Both the position numbers and the translations under genes were made by a program. Below the pieces are notes generated by a model. The model worked only from the letters and a program-made list of their open reading frames with translations. It was not told the DNA's origin and made no database searches. From Candidatus Latescibacterota bacterium (lineage in GTDB: Bacteria > Latescibacterota > UBA2968), in assembly GCA_965204375.1 (NCBI GenBank), contig OZ241986.1:4480001-4544000 (forward strand): a stretch of 64,000 nucleotides of DNA, written 5' to 3'. Numbering within the stretch: the stretch's first letter is position 1; every line of letters begins with the position of its first letter. This document shows positions 19,024-30,270 of the stretch, in pieces.

Positions 19024-20258
19024 TACAACTCATCCAAATCAATATAGGCGTCTTTATTTCCTTGTTCTCTGTCTTTTTCTGCACGACGTAAATCTTTAAT
19101 AGCTTTGTCATCCAATGGGATCTCGAACATAGCACTCGCCGCCTCAAATTCGGGTATCGATGTCTTGCCATTGAGACTGAGTTCAGACAAAATGCGCCCC
19201 GTGAGCGGCCCGAACTTAAAACCGTGCCCTGAAAAGCCCGCGCCGATAACCACATTGGGATTATCTGGATGGACATCCAGAATAAAATCCTCAGTACCCG
19301 TATTGGTATAAAGACACGTCTCCCAATCGAGAAACCGCTCAACCGGCGGAACAAATTGCTCTTTAATAAATACGCGAAGATCCTCAATCGCGTCTTCCGG
19401 CATCTGCGTGGGCACATCGTCGGGGTCGTCGTCAACGCCACTGACAATATGTTTGGCCAGCTTGATCCCCTCGCGTCCAAATTGCGGAAGACCGTAATAA
19501 CTAATATCGCCTTTTTGCAGAAGATAACCCCAAACCGGAAAAGCCCCGGGTTGAAATTCCTCCCGCGCCCCCTCAAGCTGGAAAAACCCAACCGTCTGAC
19601 GCGCCACAGCAACCCGCGACTTGAGAACCGGAAGCAGGTGAGACACCCAAGGACCAGCCGTCACAATCAGGCGTTCCGTCTCAAAATCCCCCGCAGAAGT
19701 CTCTACGCGAATGGGATCTCGGGTAATGTCAACGCACTGCACAGTCGTATTTTCCCGGATCCCCCCATCCCAACTGCGAATCAGATCGATAAGAGACTGA
19801 ACAGCCTGCGCGGCAGCCACAAGCCCGGCTGTACGATCGTACAGAACACCCGCAGCATCTTCAAAGCGAAAAACCGGAAAGCGTTTCCGCCCCTCTTCGG
19901 GCGTGAGAGTTTCAACATCCACACCCACCTCTGTCACAGCCTCGGCATAGCTCGTGTATTTTCCCCCAGGCGGACCAAAAAAACAGCCCGGCGTGGGATA
20001 GATAAGCTGAACGCCAGCATCGCGCTCGAGTTGGGGCCACGACTCCCCGTGTGCAATTTGCATAAGACGCACATAATCTGCATTCACATAAGCACTGCGG
20101 GTAATGCGCGAATCCCCATGTGAACTGCCCCGACCGTGAGCGAGTCCAAATTGTTCAATCAGCCCAACATCGCGTATGCCCTGACGCAAAAGATGATAGC
20201 ATGTACACAGGCCATTAATCCCCGCGCCAATAATAAGTGTGTGGTATGTAGAAGACAT
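19023..20258 (-). CDS. FAD-dependent oxidoreductase, sarcosine / N-methyltryptophan oxidase family
   Basis: GAGING, GSSHGDSRITR, CLYT, GFSGHGFKFGP. Confidence 0.88.
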   Translation of the reverse strand: MSSTYHTLIIGAGINGLCTCYHLLRQGIRDVGLIEQFGLAHGRGSSHGDSRITRSAYVNADYVRLMQIAHGESWPQLERDAGVQLIYPTPGCFFGPPGGKYTSYAEAVTEVGVDVETLTPEEGRKRFPVFRFEDAAGVLYDRTAGLVAAAQAVQSLIDLIRSWDGGIRENTTVQCVDITRDPIRVETSAGDFETERLIVTAGPWVSHLLPVLKSRVAVARQTVGFFQLEGAREEFQPGAFPVWGYLLQKGDISYYGLPQFGREGIKLAKHIVSGVDDDPDDVPTQMPEDAIEDLRVFIKEQFVPPVERFLDWETCLYTNTGTEDFILDVHPDNPNVVIGAGFSGHGFKFGPLTGRILSELSLNGKTSIPEFEAASAMFEIPLDDKAIKDLRRAEKDREQGNKDAYIDLDEL

Positions 20259-20467
20259 CGTTTTCTCGGGAAGAACCAAATGTTTATCCTCTCCAATATA
20301 CCGAAACCCGCAACGCGTTTCCAGCGTGAAATAACATCAGTCTGAGCGTGACACACCTGCCATTATGACTGAAATCGGGTAGCAAAATCGGCACCCCTTG
20401 GATTAAATATTGGAACAAAAATTGGTATTTAGTTGTAAATAAAGTAATTAGCTAAATTTAAAATTTC

Positions 20468-20483
20468 AGGCACGGATATTGCT
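20468..20483 (+). promoter_or_regulatory. Putative sigma-54 (-24/-12) promoter upstream of lon
   Basis: AGGCACGGATATTGCT versus consensus TGGCACG-N4-TTGC; AT-rich upstream tract. Confidence 0.6.
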
Positions 20484-20531
20484 TAAAAAATGGTAAAGTT
20501 AATACACCACCATTCCAAGGAGCATCTGATC

Positions 20532-22934
20532 ATGCCAAACGACAACCCCCTCACAAGCGTAAACGCAATCGAAGCGTATAGCATCCCCTCTGAATTACCC
20601 ATGCTCGTAACATCAGAAGTGGTGATTTATCCCCTGATGGCTGCCCCCTTGTTATTGGAAGACGAACGCGCAGTAAAAGCCGCGCAAGCGGCAATAGACG
20701 CCGGGCACAAAGTACTCGCCATCTTTGGAGAACTGGAAGAAAGCGATGCCGAAGAAGACATCCGCCGAGAGTCTCTATATCCCGTAGGCACTGCAATCTA
20801 CATTGCGCGATCGGCGGAAATGCCCGATGGCCGCATGCAAGTACTCGTACAGGGCATGGCGCGACTGGCACTCGTAGATGTATTGCAATCGCAACCTTAT
20901 CCCGTGGCGAAAGTCGAGAAGGTAGCGTCAGACATAGAACACAACACAGAACTGGAAGCTCTCGCGCGCAACATATTCGGCCAGTTCAAAAAAGCCGTAG
21001 CACTCGCCCCCAATGTACCCAGAGAAGTCGGGGAAGCCCTGGACGCCCTCTCAGAAATATCCCACAAGGCAGACTTCATCGCCTCACAACTCAATGTGGA
21101 TTTTGAAGAGCAACAAAAAATACTAACCGAGCGCAATCTGTACCGACGACTGGAAGCCATCAATCAATGCTTAAATCGCGAAGTTGAAATTCTGGAACTG
21201 CGGGAAAAAATCAGCTCGGAAGCCGCGGGATCCATGGAAGATGCACAAAAAGAGTACTTTTTGCGCCAGCAACTGCGGGCAATTCAAGATGAACTGGGCG
21301 AAGGAGAGGATATCGGCGTCGAAATCGAAGAACTGCGCGAAAAGATCGAAGCCGCCAGCATGTCCGAAGAAGCAAAAACAGAAGCCGAGCGAGAACTAAA
21401 ACGCATGGCGCGCATGCCCGAAGCCTCTGCCGAATACACCGTATCGCGCACCTATCTGGACTGGCTCGTCGAACTCCCCTGGAACAAAAAGACAAGCGAT
21501 CAATTAGACATCGCAAAAGCCGAGCGCGTCTTGAACGCAGACCACTATGGATTGGAAAAACCCAAAGAGCGCATCCTGGAGTACCTGTCCGTGCGCCAAT
21601 TAAAAGACGACATGCGCGGGCCTATTTTGTTACTCGTCGGCCCCCCGGGCACCGGCAAAACATCACTGGGCAAATCCGTCGCACGCGCACTCAACCGCGA
21701 ATTTGTCAGAATGTCATTGGGCGGCATCCGCGACGAATCGGAAATCCGAGGACACCGCCGCACCTACATCGGCGCACTGCCCGGACGCATCATACAGGGC
21801 TTGCGACGCGCCGGCACAAAAAACCCTGTATTTATGCTGGATGAAATCGACAAACTCGGCACGGATTTTCGCGGCGATCCCTCCGCAGCACTGCTGGAAG
21901 TCCTGGACCCGGCGCAAAACAACACCTTTGTGGATCACTACCTCGACGTCGCCTTTGACCTCTCAGAAGTCTTATTCCTCGCCACTGCCAACTCGCTCCA
22001 CACAATCCCACCGGCACTCATGGACCGGATGGAAGTACTGGAAGTCTCGGGATATACCGAGGCCGAAAAAATGGAAATCGCGCGTCGGTATCTGGTCAAA
22101 CGCCAGATCTCAGAACACGGATTGACCCCCCAAAAAGCATCCTTCGACAAAGCCGCCCTGCAAGAAGTGATCCAGCACTACACCCGCGAGGCCGGCGTGC
22201 GAAATCTGGAGCGCGAAATTGCAACCGTAGCGCGCAAAGTAGCCCGCAAATTCGCCCAGGGCCGCAAACGGCGCGTACACATCCATCAAAAAAACATCGC
22301 CGAATATCTGGGACCACAAAAATTCCGCCACGAAGTAGCCGAAGAAGATCACGAAGTGGGAGTTGCCGCTGGCCTGGCCGTAACATCTACCGGTGGTGAT
22401 GTCCTCTTTGTCGAAGCAACAGTCATACCCGGTAAAGGCGAGTTAAATCTAACCGGACAGGTCGGCGACGTAATGAAAGAATCTGCGCATGCAGCCATGA
22501 CCTATGTGCGATCGCGCTGGCATGAACTGGGCCTAAACGCGCAGTTTAACGAAAAAAAAGATGTACACGTCCACGTACCCGCAGGCGCCGTGCCCAAAGA
22601 CGGCCCCTCGGCAGGCATTACCATGGCAACCGTACTCGCATCGGTATTCACCAATCGGCCTATCCGAAAAGACGTGGCAATGACAGGCGAAATTACACTG
22701 CGCGGCAAAGTACTGCCCATCGGCGGCGTACGCGATAAAGTCCTATCAGCACACCGCGCAGGTGTAAAAACAGTAATCCTACCCGAAGAGAACCGCAAAG
22801 ATACACACGAAATACCCGACACAGCGCGCAAAGACATAAGAATAGTATTTGCATCTCACATGGATCAAGTTCTGGAAACCGCCCTCATGAAACGCCCCCG
22901 CAAGCCAATGGTCGATGTGGTGAGTATGAATTGA
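20532..22934 (+). CDS. lon: ATP-dependent Lon protease
   Basis: GPPGTGKTS, RGHRRTYIGALPG, PKDGPSAG, MTGEITLRGKVLPIGG; AAGGAG RBS. Confidence 0.97.
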   Translation: MPNDNPLTSVNAIEAYSIPSELPMLVTSEVVIYPLMAAPLLLEDERAVKAAQAAIDAGHKVLAIFGELEESDAEEDIRRESLYPVGTAIYIARSAEMPDGRMQVLVQGMARLALVDVLQSQPYPVAKVEKVASDIEHNTELEALARNIFGQFKKAVALAPNVPREVGEALDALSEISHKADFIASQLNVDFEEQQKILTERNLYRRLEAINQCLNREVEILELREKISSEAAGSMEDAQKEYFLRQQLRAIQDELGEGEDIGVEIEELREKIEAASMSEEAKTEAERELKRMARMPEASAEYTVSRTYLDWLVELPWNKKTSDQLDIAKAERVLNADHYGLEKPKERILEYLSVRQLKDDMRGPILLLVGPPGTGKTSLGKSVARALNREFVRMSLGGIRDESEIRGHRRTYIGALPGRIIQGLRRAGTKNPVFMLDEIDKLGTDFRGDPSAALLEVLDPAQNNTFVDHYLDVAFDLSEVLFLATANSLHTIPPALMDRMEVLEVSGYTEAEKMEIARRYLVKRQISEHGLTPQKASFDKAALQEVIQHYTREAGVRNLEREIATVARKVARKFAQGRKRRVHIHQKNIAEYLGPQKFRHEVAEEDHEVGVAAGLAVTSTGGDVLFVEATVIPGKGELNLTGQVGDVMKESAHAAMTYVRSRWHELGLNAQFNEKKDVHVHVPAGAVPKDGPSAGITMATVLASVFTNRPIRKDVAMTGEITLRGKVLPIGGVRDKVLSAHRAGVKTVILPEENRKDTHEIPDTARKDIRIVFASHMDQVLETALMKRPRKPMVDVVSMN

Positions 22935-22941
22935 TCTCTTC

Positions 22942-23433
22942 TCACCCTTCAAAATACTCCACAAACTTCTCAAAAACAGGTTCCGGAACATAGCGTCTCA
23001 CAACATCTTGCCAGCCATCGGGCCCCACCAGCCCTTTGATAAAACTGGAACTGATCTCCGCAATCTCGCGCGGGGGCATCAAAAAGATAGTCTTAATCGT
23101 ATCGTCGAGATCGCTATTGATATAGCGCATCCTGCGTTCAAACTCATAATCGCTCTGCGTGCGAATACCCCGCACAATATAACCCGCCCCAATGCCGCGT
23201 GCATAATTGACCAGGAATTGATTTTCGTAACTGGCGACCGCGACATTGTCGAACTGCGACGTGGTCTCACAAAGCAGATCCAGCCTTTCCTCAAGTGAAA
23301 ACGTATAGTCTTTATCCGGATTGATCCCAATAGCGACAACGAGCTGATCGAAAAGCTGCGCAGCCTCCTGAATAACCCACAAATGGCCGTGAGTAACCGG
23401 ATCAAAACTGGCGGCATAAACGGCTTTTTTCAT
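22942..23433 (-). CDS. coaD: Pantetheine-phosphate adenylyltransferase
   Basis: [27 protein letters not shown]. Confidence 0.95.
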   Translation of the reverse strand: MKKAVYAASFDPVTHGHLWVIQEAAQLFDQLVVAIGINPDKDYTFSLEERLDLLCETTSQFDNVAVASYENQFLVNYARGIGAGYIVRGIRTQSDYEFERRMRYINSDLDDTIKTIFLMPPREIAEISSSFIKGLVGPDGWQDVVRRYVPEPVFEKFVEYFEG

Positions 23434-23441
23434 CGTTTTCC

Positions 23442-24146
23442 TCATGAAATATCGGTGAGTGCCCAGGCAATAAGGCCGAAAGTAATGAGTTGTGGTCGGC
23501 GGTCTTCATCCAGCAAATAGTGGACGGGCAAGATACCTTCGCCAGATTGAACAAACGTTTTATAAGAGCTGGTAGAGAGTTCAACTGACCCGTCGGAAAC
23601 GAGCTTGTGATTGGATCGCAAGAGGGACAGATCTTGAATCAGATCAAATTCCATTGGCAGGGGATGCTTTCCACATAGCAAAATGTGGGGAAGTGTCCAA
23701 TGGCTGAAGACCGAACGCATTGCGCGGTATTTGTATGCACCATCTCCCGACTGGATATGACCATTGTTATTTTCCCAGCTTTCGCGCAGTTCAGAAATCG
23801 GAATCGGCTTACCCTCGGCATCGGCGCGATAAGTGTGCAGCGTCCAGGATTTGAGGGTATCGTCGGGATTGCAGATCACATCCGCGTCAAAAATAGTCGG
23901 CTCGCCGCCAATGCGGGTTTGCTGGCGGATGCGATACGCCCCGCCCTGTCCGCGCCCAATAGTCACCGAGCCATACACGCTATTGGGACAAGGCGGCGGT
24001 TGCGCGGGCGCGAAGGACCAGTTGAGAATATCGTAAGTGAGCGTGGCGCACTCGGCATCCACGATAGACGTCTGGACCGGCGTGAAACCCGCGAGAAAAT
24101 CTCGGATAGGTTGAACGGCATAGGGGCCAATAGTGTCAATTGCCAT
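23442..24146 (-). CDS. Hypothetical protein
   Basis: Tightly packed in the operon between sulfatase and coaD; GAGG RBS. Confidence 0.65.
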   Translation of the reverse strand: MAIDTIGPYAVQPIRDFLAGFTPVQTSIVDAECATLTYDILNWSFAPAQPPPCPNSVYGSVTIGRGQGGAYRIRQQTRIGGEPTIFDADVICNPDDTLKSWTLHTYRADAEGKPIPISELRESWENNNGHIQSGDGAYKYRAMRSVFSHWTLPHILLCGKHPLPMEFDLIQDLSLLRSNHKLVSDGSVELSTSSYKTFVQSGEGILPVHYLLDEDRRPQLITFGLIAWALTDIS

Positions 24147-24150
24147 GGGG

Positions 24151-25458
24151 TCAGGCCTCGTTGAGAACGGAAAGATACCAGTCGATATAGTCGCGATAGA
24201 CATTGCCGCGCTTCAGCCTGCCGAGATCGTTTTCTGGTTCGGGATACATTTCAATTTGGGATATGTACTCGCGAAAATGTGCCCGATGGCGTGCGACAAT
24301 ATCTGCACAGTGCGCTTCATCGGCGAGGTCTTGTGTTTCGAGCGGATCGTTTTCAAGATCGTAGAGACGCGTATTATCCCGTTCAATAATACTTTTGTAG
24401 CGCACATCGCGCACGGCAACCGATAGCCGACCAATAGAAGTCTCACCGATGACATAGGTGCGCCACGGGACATCGCGCCGTTCAAAAATGGGACGCAATG
24501 AACGCGCAATAGTGGTCTTAGGCAAGGGCGGCGCGCCAGCATAGTCGCATATCGTGGCGGGAATATCGACGCCAGAGATGAGGTGCTCGGCATCCCGCAC
24601 GCCTTCGGGAATACGCCCGGGCCACCACGAAATGGTGGGAACGCGAAACGCTTCTTCTTCGAGAAAGCCCTTGCTGGTATTGCTGTGAAAGCCGAGGCCA
24701 TCGCCGTGGTCAGAGGCAAAGATGACGAGGGTATTGCCAGCGTAAGGCGATGCGCGAAGGGCGTGCATAACGCGGCCGACTTCGGCGTCAACCATCTCGA
24801 CCATACGATAATACTGATAAATGTAATACTGCCAATCGCGGCGCGACCAGTGGCGAGTACTGGGCCGACCGCGCCCGGCATATTCGTCATCGAAATTGTC
24901 CGGAAGAGGCGGGAGATCGCCCTCAATTTTCGATGCAAAACCGTATTTGCCCGGGCCGCCGTGGGACATCGCGGGAAAGCAGCAATCGTGCGGGTTGAGA
25001 AATCCAACGCTCAAAAAGAAGGGTTTATCAGACGTGCGATTTTTCAGATAGGCGACAGCTGATCGGGCGACATTGCCGTCGTTGAGTTCTCCCATACCGT
25101 GCTGGGGTTGCAACACGTCAAAACTCGCGTGCAAATCGCGTCCCGTGACGTGCCATTTGCCCGTGTACACACACTCATAGTCTTCGCGGCGCAGCCACTG
25201 GCCCAGATCTGGAATATTGGGATCAATGGGATAGGAATTGACGACAACGCCGTGTTCTTTGGACATGCGCCCCGTGTACCAACACGCGCGCGATGGACAA
25301 CACTGGGGCATGGCGCAATAGGCATTGGTGAACGTATAGCCCTCGCGCACGAGTTCGTCAATAGCAGGCGTGTGTACGTATTCACAGCCGAGCGCAGAGA
25401 TCGCATCGGCGTGCATTTGATCGACGTGTATAAAGAGAATATTGGGTTTCATAAGCAT
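24151..25458 (-). CDS. Sulfatase
   Basis: PNILFIHVDQ, CCPSR formylglycine motif, GKWH, SDHG. Confidence 0.92.
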   Translation of the reverse strand: MLMKPNILFIHVDQMHADAISALGCEYVHTPAIDELVREGYTFTNAYCAMPQCCPSRACWYTGRMSKEHGVVVNSYPIDPNIPDLGQWLRREDYECVYTGKWHVTGRDLHASFDVLQPQHGMGELNDGNVARSAVAYLKNRTSDKPFFLSVGFLNPHDCCFPAMSHGGPGKYGFASKIEGDLPPLPDNFDDEYAGRGRPSTRHWSRRDWQYYIYQYYRMVEMVDAEVGRVMHALRASPYAGNTLVIFASDHGDGLGFHSNTSKGFLEEEAFRVPTISWWPGRIPEGVRDAEHLISGVDIPATICDYAGAPPLPKTTIARSLRPIFERRDVPWRTYVIGETSIGRLSVAVRDVRYKSIIERDNTRLYDLENDPLETQDLADEAHCADIVARHRAHFREYISQIEMYPEPENDLGRLKRGNVYRDYIDWYLSVLNEA

Positions 25459-26909
25459 TATTGTTGAGCCACGAGGCGGTCTTCATTGAGCAAATTGCCA
25501 TCCACCCCAAAATGTCGAAAAATGAGAACGGGAACATCGTTCTCGCGATCCACCACACCCTCCAGAAAACCACCGATAACATTGAGATAGCGGTGCTCGG
25601 GCAACCGCTTATCATTAGACCATCCGCCGGCGTGTTCATCGCTGGCAGGACCACAGGAATATTCTCGCACACCTGTTTCCCCATCAACAGAAACGTATTG
25701 CCAGTGCCGGTCTCCGCAAACAACGACCATATTTTTTTGCCCGGCGATAAACTGGCGCAACTCATCCCCTTCATGCGAGAACCCCTCATTGGCGTGATTG
25801 TCATTTTTTCTCTCGCGGTCGGGACCAACCACTGGCGTGGGACTAATGAGAACGCGGAACGTGGCATCGGAAGCTCGCACAGTATCTTTAAACCAGGCCT
25901 TTTGCTCCTTTCCCCAGATGGTCTTCTCAGGACCATCTGCCATAGGATTGGGGCTTCGAAAATCGCGGCCCTCAACCATCCAGATCTGCAAATCTTTACC
26001 CCAGCGCACCGTTCGATACGTGCGGTCACCCATCCCAACCTGCTCCCGAAAAACAGCCAGACCCTGCTCAAAGGTAAATTCGCCCATAAATAGCGTCTGT
26101 TGCCCCGGCCAACAATCATTCATCCAGGTATCGTGATCGTCCTTAATAAAATAACTGGCAACCTCCCGGTGAAATGCGACATTGGTAGGCAGACTGTACA
26201 TCCGCGCCCAGTGCCACCGCGCCAGAGACAGATTCTTTGCCCGGCTGTCGTAATAGACAATATCGCCTGCATGCACAAAAAAATCGGGATCGCGCTTTAA
26301 TATACTCGCGTAAATGCGATAGCCCCCCTCAGGTGCATCTTGATCGCCATAAGCCTGACAGGTAGAAACGTGAAAAACAACACGGGCAGATTGATCTACA
26401 GAAGGTGCCGTGCGAAAACGCCCCGAGACCATTTGTCCATCTGTCGCTCCGCGAGACTGCACCTCAATTTGATAGCGCGTACCCGGCTTTAGATCCATCA
26501 GCTTGATCTGCCGCGTAAAATCGCGACCGGGATCCACAGCCCCCCAGGGCGTACTCTTCCAGTCATCGGACCCTTCAATCGCATACCGCACGCGCACATC
26601 CCCCAACGTACCGGGAACCGCCCCCTCAATCGTATGGATATCGGAACTATCGGGAAATAGAACAACGGGTTTCAGAGAACGTCGCCCCTGGCGCCGTTCC
26701 AATTCACCCGTCTCGGGATTTCGATAGCGCACAGTGGGCCTGGGATGACTTTTATCCATCCGCTGTGGAATTTTGGTCAAACGCGTCCAGACAATCGCAC
26801 TGGTCTGATCCACCTCGCAAATTTTAATCCCCGTAGCCTGATAAGGACCACTACCATAGCTATTGGCAAACAGTGCCAACATGCAAAAACCGGCAAATAG
26901 CGTCTTCAT
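25458..26909 (-). CDS. Alkaline phosphatase D (PhoD) family protein
   Basis: Signal peptide; GDIVYYD, DDHD, GDRH metallophosphatase motifs. Confidence 0.88.
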   Translation of the reverse strand: MKTLFAGFCMLALFANSYGSGPYQATGIKICEVDQTSAIVWTRLTKIPQRMDKSHPRPTVRYRNPETGELERRQGRRSLKPVVLFPDSSDIHTIEGAVPGTLGDVRVRYAIEGSDDWKSTPWGAVDPGRDFTRQIKLMDLKPGTRYQIEVQSRGATDGQMVSGRFRTAPSVDQSARVVFHVSTCQAYGDQDAPEGGYRIYASILKRDPDFFVHAGDIVYYDSRAKNLSLARWHWARMYSLPTNVAFHREVASYFIKDDHDTWMNDCWPGQQTLFMGEFTFEQGLAVFREQVGMGDRTYRTVRWGKDLQIWMVEGRDFRSPNPMADGPEKTIWGKEQKAWFKDTVRASDATFRVLISPTPVVGPDRERKNDNHANEGFSHEGDELRQFIAGQKNMVVVCGDRHWQYVSVDGETGVREYSCGPASDEHAGGWSNDKRLPEHRYLNVIGGFLEGVVDRENDVPVLIFRHFGVDGNLLNEDRLVAQQ

Positions 26910-26927
26910 TCATTCTTCTCCTGTGGT

Positions 26928-29336
26928 TCACCTCGCCGCCTCGGGCAACGTATCCCTCACCCTCTGAACACCTGATGGTTCAACGAGCACCGAGGCATTG
27001 GACGCGCAGTGCCGTTCTCCGCCTACCGCAAGGACATCCACACCAAGGGCAACATCCTTGTCCCCATGGCGAATCTCAAGCGCGGGACCTCGACCGGGAT
27101 TTAACTCTCCCCGAATAATCCAGTCACCAATAGAAACACAATCATCTCTCTGAACAGGATCTCGAAACCGCGTTTCATCTTCCCGATCACGCACCTGAAA
27201 AACAGCGAGAAAACGCATAATACGACACACCCTCTCAGGCGAAACCGCGACGTGCCATTGATCGGGAAAAATCGCCATATTTTGTCCTAAAAAAGTCTTA
27301 TTACCTCCCCAGTTGACAGCGGGTGGATCAAAAACCGTATCGATATCAATATGCAATTTTTGCGACCCAAAAATATTCACCTGACTGCGCGCAGTACGAG
27401 TCTGAGTATGCAACCGCTGATGGCGAACATCAGCAATAATTTCCCGATCCCCGTGGACGAGCCATTGCCAGCGGGCGTCGTGGTCGGCTTCCAGATCATC
27501 GTAAACCACCAGAATATTGGGCCTCAAAAGTACCAGATGCCGGCAAAAACGCCTGAGACCCGCATCCCCATACGCATTGGACGCATCCCCGAGCGCGTAA
27601 GCGATGTATTTTCCATCGAGGAAACGGGAAATTATACCATAGCTCTCAGCACCTCGGGGCTGGCCCTTGCCATCTATGAGAACCGAATTGTGTCCGCGCG
27701 TGGCCCTGTACCATTGCTTTGAATGATCGTCACCCGCAGACGTGTAATAGCCCGAATTCCTGAAAAGAGGCTCCCCCCCATAAAAAATATTGAACCCATT
27801 CTGACACTCGTGAGAATGGAGAAGCGAGCCATAGGGACTGGACCGCATGCCCACCATGAGATCTCGTTGGGTATTTGCGAGATCCGTATGCAGTGACACA
27901 ATACCAACATCGGCAAAACACCTGCCCTGCGGCAATGTCCTGGGCGAACGCGGGCACAGTCTTACCTTTTGATCTTTGAGCTTGTGCCAGACGAGCAACG
28001 GATTGCGCTCCTCTTCTACCTCTTCCCTCCACTGCTGCACATACCACGCGGCATAAGGATCGTCAAACCGGACAGCCATATCCTCGACAAAATCGAGATG
28101 ATTACCCGTCGGACGCGCCTTCAGTTCCGTACCATCGCCAAAGCCGTCCGAACGCGAATGGGGCGGCCATGTATAAAGCAAAAAACTGGCACTATTTTTA
28201 TACCATGCATCCTGAAAAAGATCCACACCGCTAAGCTGTCCAATACGCGACGGGAGAACCAGCAGCGTTTCGACATTCGTGCCAAAATAAGAATTGCCAT
28301 TTGCCCAGCCCCCATCTGCACCTCCCATAAGGGGAAAGCGGGCAATCCACAGCTCGTACACAAAGCGCACCCACTGTGCCGCATCGGGATACGCGTGCAA
28401 AATTGCAAAAGCGACTTCGGAAAACTCGATAAGCAAATGTTGCCAAAAATGGCTGCGAAAAACCAGCGTCTCGATCTTATTCGTCTCCTCCCGAAAAAAC
28501 CGCTCTGCCCGCACAACCATTGCCGCGCGAAGGCACGTGCGCTGGGATTCCGTAAGCAAGTCAAAACAAGAATCGTAAACACCCGCCATAACGCGCATAC
28601 AAGACCCATCGGCAAAATCGCTAATAACGGGATTGGTGTACCCATCCGCATCCCAATTCGCAACGTGAAGCCCCCGGCGTATCGCCTCCCGAGCATAGCA
28701 TTCATCACCCGAAAGCAAATAAGCCGGAATAAGCCATTGCACAGCCGAAGCCATACCACCCGCAAGCGCTTTGCTACCCCACCTGTGAAATTTGAAAACC
28801 TGATACTCGTCCTCCCCTTTATCCGGCGGCATCGCATCATCCTTGAGCGGCGCATTGAGAAACTGATCCGCACGCGACGTAAACCGCTTGCTATGGCCTT
28901 TGAGATCCGCACCCCCATCTGGCAACACCCAGAGACGCGGATGCGTCTTCGGACAAGCCGCAATCACATCTATTGCCGGCGGAGTCTCCATGCACCGAAC
29001 CGAATCAGCAATCTCAAAATCATACCTATCAGACCAGCAATAGGGACCACCATCTATTGACGTACCGTATTGCCAATACCAGATTCCAGACGCGAGTATT
29101 TGATGCGGATTGAACATCGCCCAGGGAAAACCCTCTTCCGCGACAGTACCGCACTCTGGAAAACCGGAATCTTGAGACAAACGAACCGCATATCGCACAT
29201 CCTCACCCCTCTCAGCGGGCCAGAGCAGTGGTGGGGGATTGCGGTCAACGCGCTTATTATCAATCGGAAATGGCGCAATGCGCGGTTGGGCGTGAATGAC
29301 TCTCATAACAATGGACTCGCAGCTTTTGGTGATCAC
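26928..29336 (-). CDS. DUF4962 / heparinase II-III family polysaccharide lyase
   Basis: HPRLW, GGW..G.SY, FGDG, H.H..QN.F, HNSVLIDG.GQ. Confidence 0.85.
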   Translation of the reverse strand: MITKSCESIVMRVIHAQPRIAPFPIDNKRVDRNPPPLLWPAERGEDVRYAVRLSQDSGFPECGTVAEEGFPWAMFNPHQILASGIWYWQYGTSIDGGPYCWSDRYDFEIADSVRCMETPPAIDVIAACPKTHPRLWVLPDGGADLKGHSKRFTSRADQFLNAPLKDDAMPPDKGEDEYQVFKFHRWGSKALAGGMASAVQWLIPAYLLSGDECYAREAIRRGLHVANWDADGYTNPVISDFADGSCMRVMAGVYDSCFDLLTESQRTCLRAAMVVRAERFFREETNKIETLVFRSHFWQHLLIEFSEVAFAILHAYPDAAQWVRFVYELWIARFPLMGGADGGWANGNSYFGTNVETLLVLPSRIGQLSGVDLFQDAWYKNSASFLLYTWPPHSRSDGFGDGTELKARPTGNHLDFVEDMAVRFDDPYAAWYVQQWREEVEEERNPLLVWHKLKDQKVRLCPRSPRTLPQGRCFADVGIVSLHTDLANTQRDLMVGMRSSPYGSLLHSHECQNGFNIFYGGEPLFRNSGYYTSAGDDHSKQWYRATRGHNSVLIDGKGQPRGAESYGIISRFLDGKYIAYALGDASNAYGDAGLRRFCRHLVLLRPNILVVYDDLEADHDARWQWLVHGDREIIADVRHQRLHTQTRTARSQVNIFGSQKLHIDIDTVFDPPAVNWGGNKTFLGQNMAIFPDQWHVAVSPERVCRIMRFLAVFQVRDREDETRFRDPVQRDDCVSIGDWIIRGELNPGRGPALEIRHGDKDVALGVDVLAVGGERHCASNASVLVEPSGVQRVRDTLPEAAR

Positions 29337-29464
29337 TCAAGTAGCACTGTCATAATAATCGGCACACAGACGTAATACAAGGAGGAAATAAAGTCCCACA
29401 TTGACCGGCTATAGTGATTGTGGTATATTTTTTTTACATTACACACAAAATAAAGGGATAAGAC

Positions 29465-29758
29465 ATGGCCCAGATGATACAGTTGCAGAACAGCGATGAA
29501 ACATTACGCCGGATGGTCGAAACGTGTCGGAACCAAAATGAAGAATGCGTAATTCAGGATAATCAGAATCGTCCTGTAGCAGTTATGATGCCCATTGAAC
29601 GCTATGAATCCTATCAGGCTTATCTGAAGCAGAAGGAGAAAAATTTTGTGATTCTTGATAAAGTAGCTGAAGATTTAAAAAATTATGAACCTGATTTTAT
29701 AGAGAATCAGATCGAAAAAGCAATGCAGGAAGTAAAAGCTGAGGCTAAAGAACAATAA
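29465..29758 (+). CDS. Phd/YefM-like antitoxin (orphan)
   Basis: VI.....PVAVMMPIERYE motif; no toxin downstream. Confidence 0.65.
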   Translation: MAQMIQLQNSDETLRRMVETCRNQNEECVIQDNQNRPVAVMMPIERYESYQAYLKQKEKNFVILDKVAEDLKNYEPDFIENQIEKAMQEVKAEAKEQ

Positions 29759-29774
29759 AACGAGAGAGAATAGC

Positions 29775-29811
29775 AAAAGCCGATGTCGTTTAGATAGACA
29801 TCGGCTTTTTT
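29775..29811. terminator. Bidirectional intrinsic terminator
   Basis: AAAAGCCGATGTC...GACATCGGCTTTTT between convergent genes. Confidence 0.85.
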
Positions 29812-29826
29812 ATTTTTAGGCATCAC

Positions 29827-30270
29827 TTATTCTTCTGCTTCGGTGGATTCACGCATCTCTATTTGTGTCAAAAAATCATCAACCGTTATAATTTCAATTC
29901 CTCGAAATGGATGTAAAGCCAGCAAGTCATTGTCACCACTAATGATATAATGCGCCTTACCACTCACCGCCAGTTCGAAAAATTTGTCGTCTTTAGGATC
30001 GCGGCACACCTGAATCCGTTCTGTTGATGTGATGAATTTTGCACGCTCGACGAAGGAGTCGAGAAATTCCTCCCGTTCTTTTTCCGAAACGTAGCGTTCA
30101 AATTTCTCGCGGCTTAAAACGTCATTCAATTCTTCCAAAACTTGAAGGGACAACAAAACTTGACCGGTATCAAGTGCCCGTCGAAATGCTCGACCAGGTC
30201 TTGAATGTTCGAATATGAGTGCGCTGATCAATACATTGGTATCGAAGACGTATCGTTTGGGATCATTCAT
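29827..30270 (-). CDS. PIN-domain toxin (PIN_3 type)
   Basis: VFDTNVLISA, CRDPKDDKF, ISGDNDLL. Confidence 0.9.
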   Translation of the reverse strand: MNDPKRYVFDTNVLISALIFEHSRPGRAFRRALDTGQVLLSLQVLEELNDVLSREKFERYVSEKEREEFLDSFVERAKFITSTERIQVCRDPKDDKFFELAVSGKAHYIISGDNDLLALHPFRGIEIITVDDFLTQIEMRESTEAEE

